From Octopus vulgaris (lineage: Eukaryota): a stretch of DNA of 64,000 nt. Below the pieces are notes generated by a model. It made no database searches. It was not told where the DNA came from and was given only the letters and a program-made list of their open reading frames with translations. Below are positions 63,705-64,000 of this stretch, piece after piece; position 1 is the first letter of the stretch, and the number at the start of each line of letters is the position of its first letter. Where the stretch lies: the NCBI GenBank assembly GCA_951406725.2, contig OX597832.1, positions 5,022,001 to 5,086,000 on the forward strand, given 5' to 3'. A program made the translations under genes and the position numbers.

Positions 63705-64000
63705 TAGCCCCCAATGACATTCATGCAGACATGGTTGCTACATAAGGGGATGATGCTCCAGCTTTATTAACAGTGCAAAAGTGGGCAGCTAAATTTAGAA
63801 GTTGAAGGGAGAAACTTGAAGATGGCCCAAGGTCTGGACATCCTGCAACTGCTACAACTGAGGGAAAAATAGATCGTGGTCACTACTTGGTGATGGATGA
63901 CAGTTGATTGACTATAAATCTAATAGTCTATGCTATTAGCATATCCTGTGAGAGGTTTAAGAATATTCTGCCCAATGGATTTGTCATGAGGAAGGATTCT
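63705..64000 (+). mobile_element. Mariner transposase N-terminal fragment, running off the window
   Basis: DIHADMVAT*GDDAPALLTVQKWAAKF...LEDGPRSGHPATATTE; stops and frameshifts. Confidence 0.75.

Overview
AT-rich, microsatellite- and transposon-dense animal genomic DNA. The SINE/RTE/Penelope repeat families suggest an octopus (coleoid cephalopod); this is inference. Two divergently transcribed genes were reconstructed by hand. TAF9 is complete on the minus strand (6 coding exons, 25335->11412, about 305 aa). RABL2 (Rab-like 2, a ciliary GTPase) is on the plus strand with 5 exons seen (30756-47167); its 3' exons were not found and probably lie beyond the window. RABL2 intron 2 has U12-type (minor spliceosome) signals, and intron 1 has a perfect RFX X-box. 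The rest is mostly relics of tRNA-derived SINEs, RTE/CR1 LINEs, Penelope-like elements (PLEs), Tc1/mariner, pogo/Tigger, hAT and piggyBac-type MITEs. Two things stand out. First, about ten minimal hammerhead-ribozyme motifs are linked to PLE repeats, one with a compensatory A3-U8 core replacing C3-G8. Second, there are more than a dozen long inverted repeats, including a spacerless 1.17-kb palindrome and a 265-bp near-perfect foldback inside RABL2 introns. Most ORFs in the supplied track are microsatellite or repeat artefacts. All coordinates were read by eye, and repeat boundaries are approximate.
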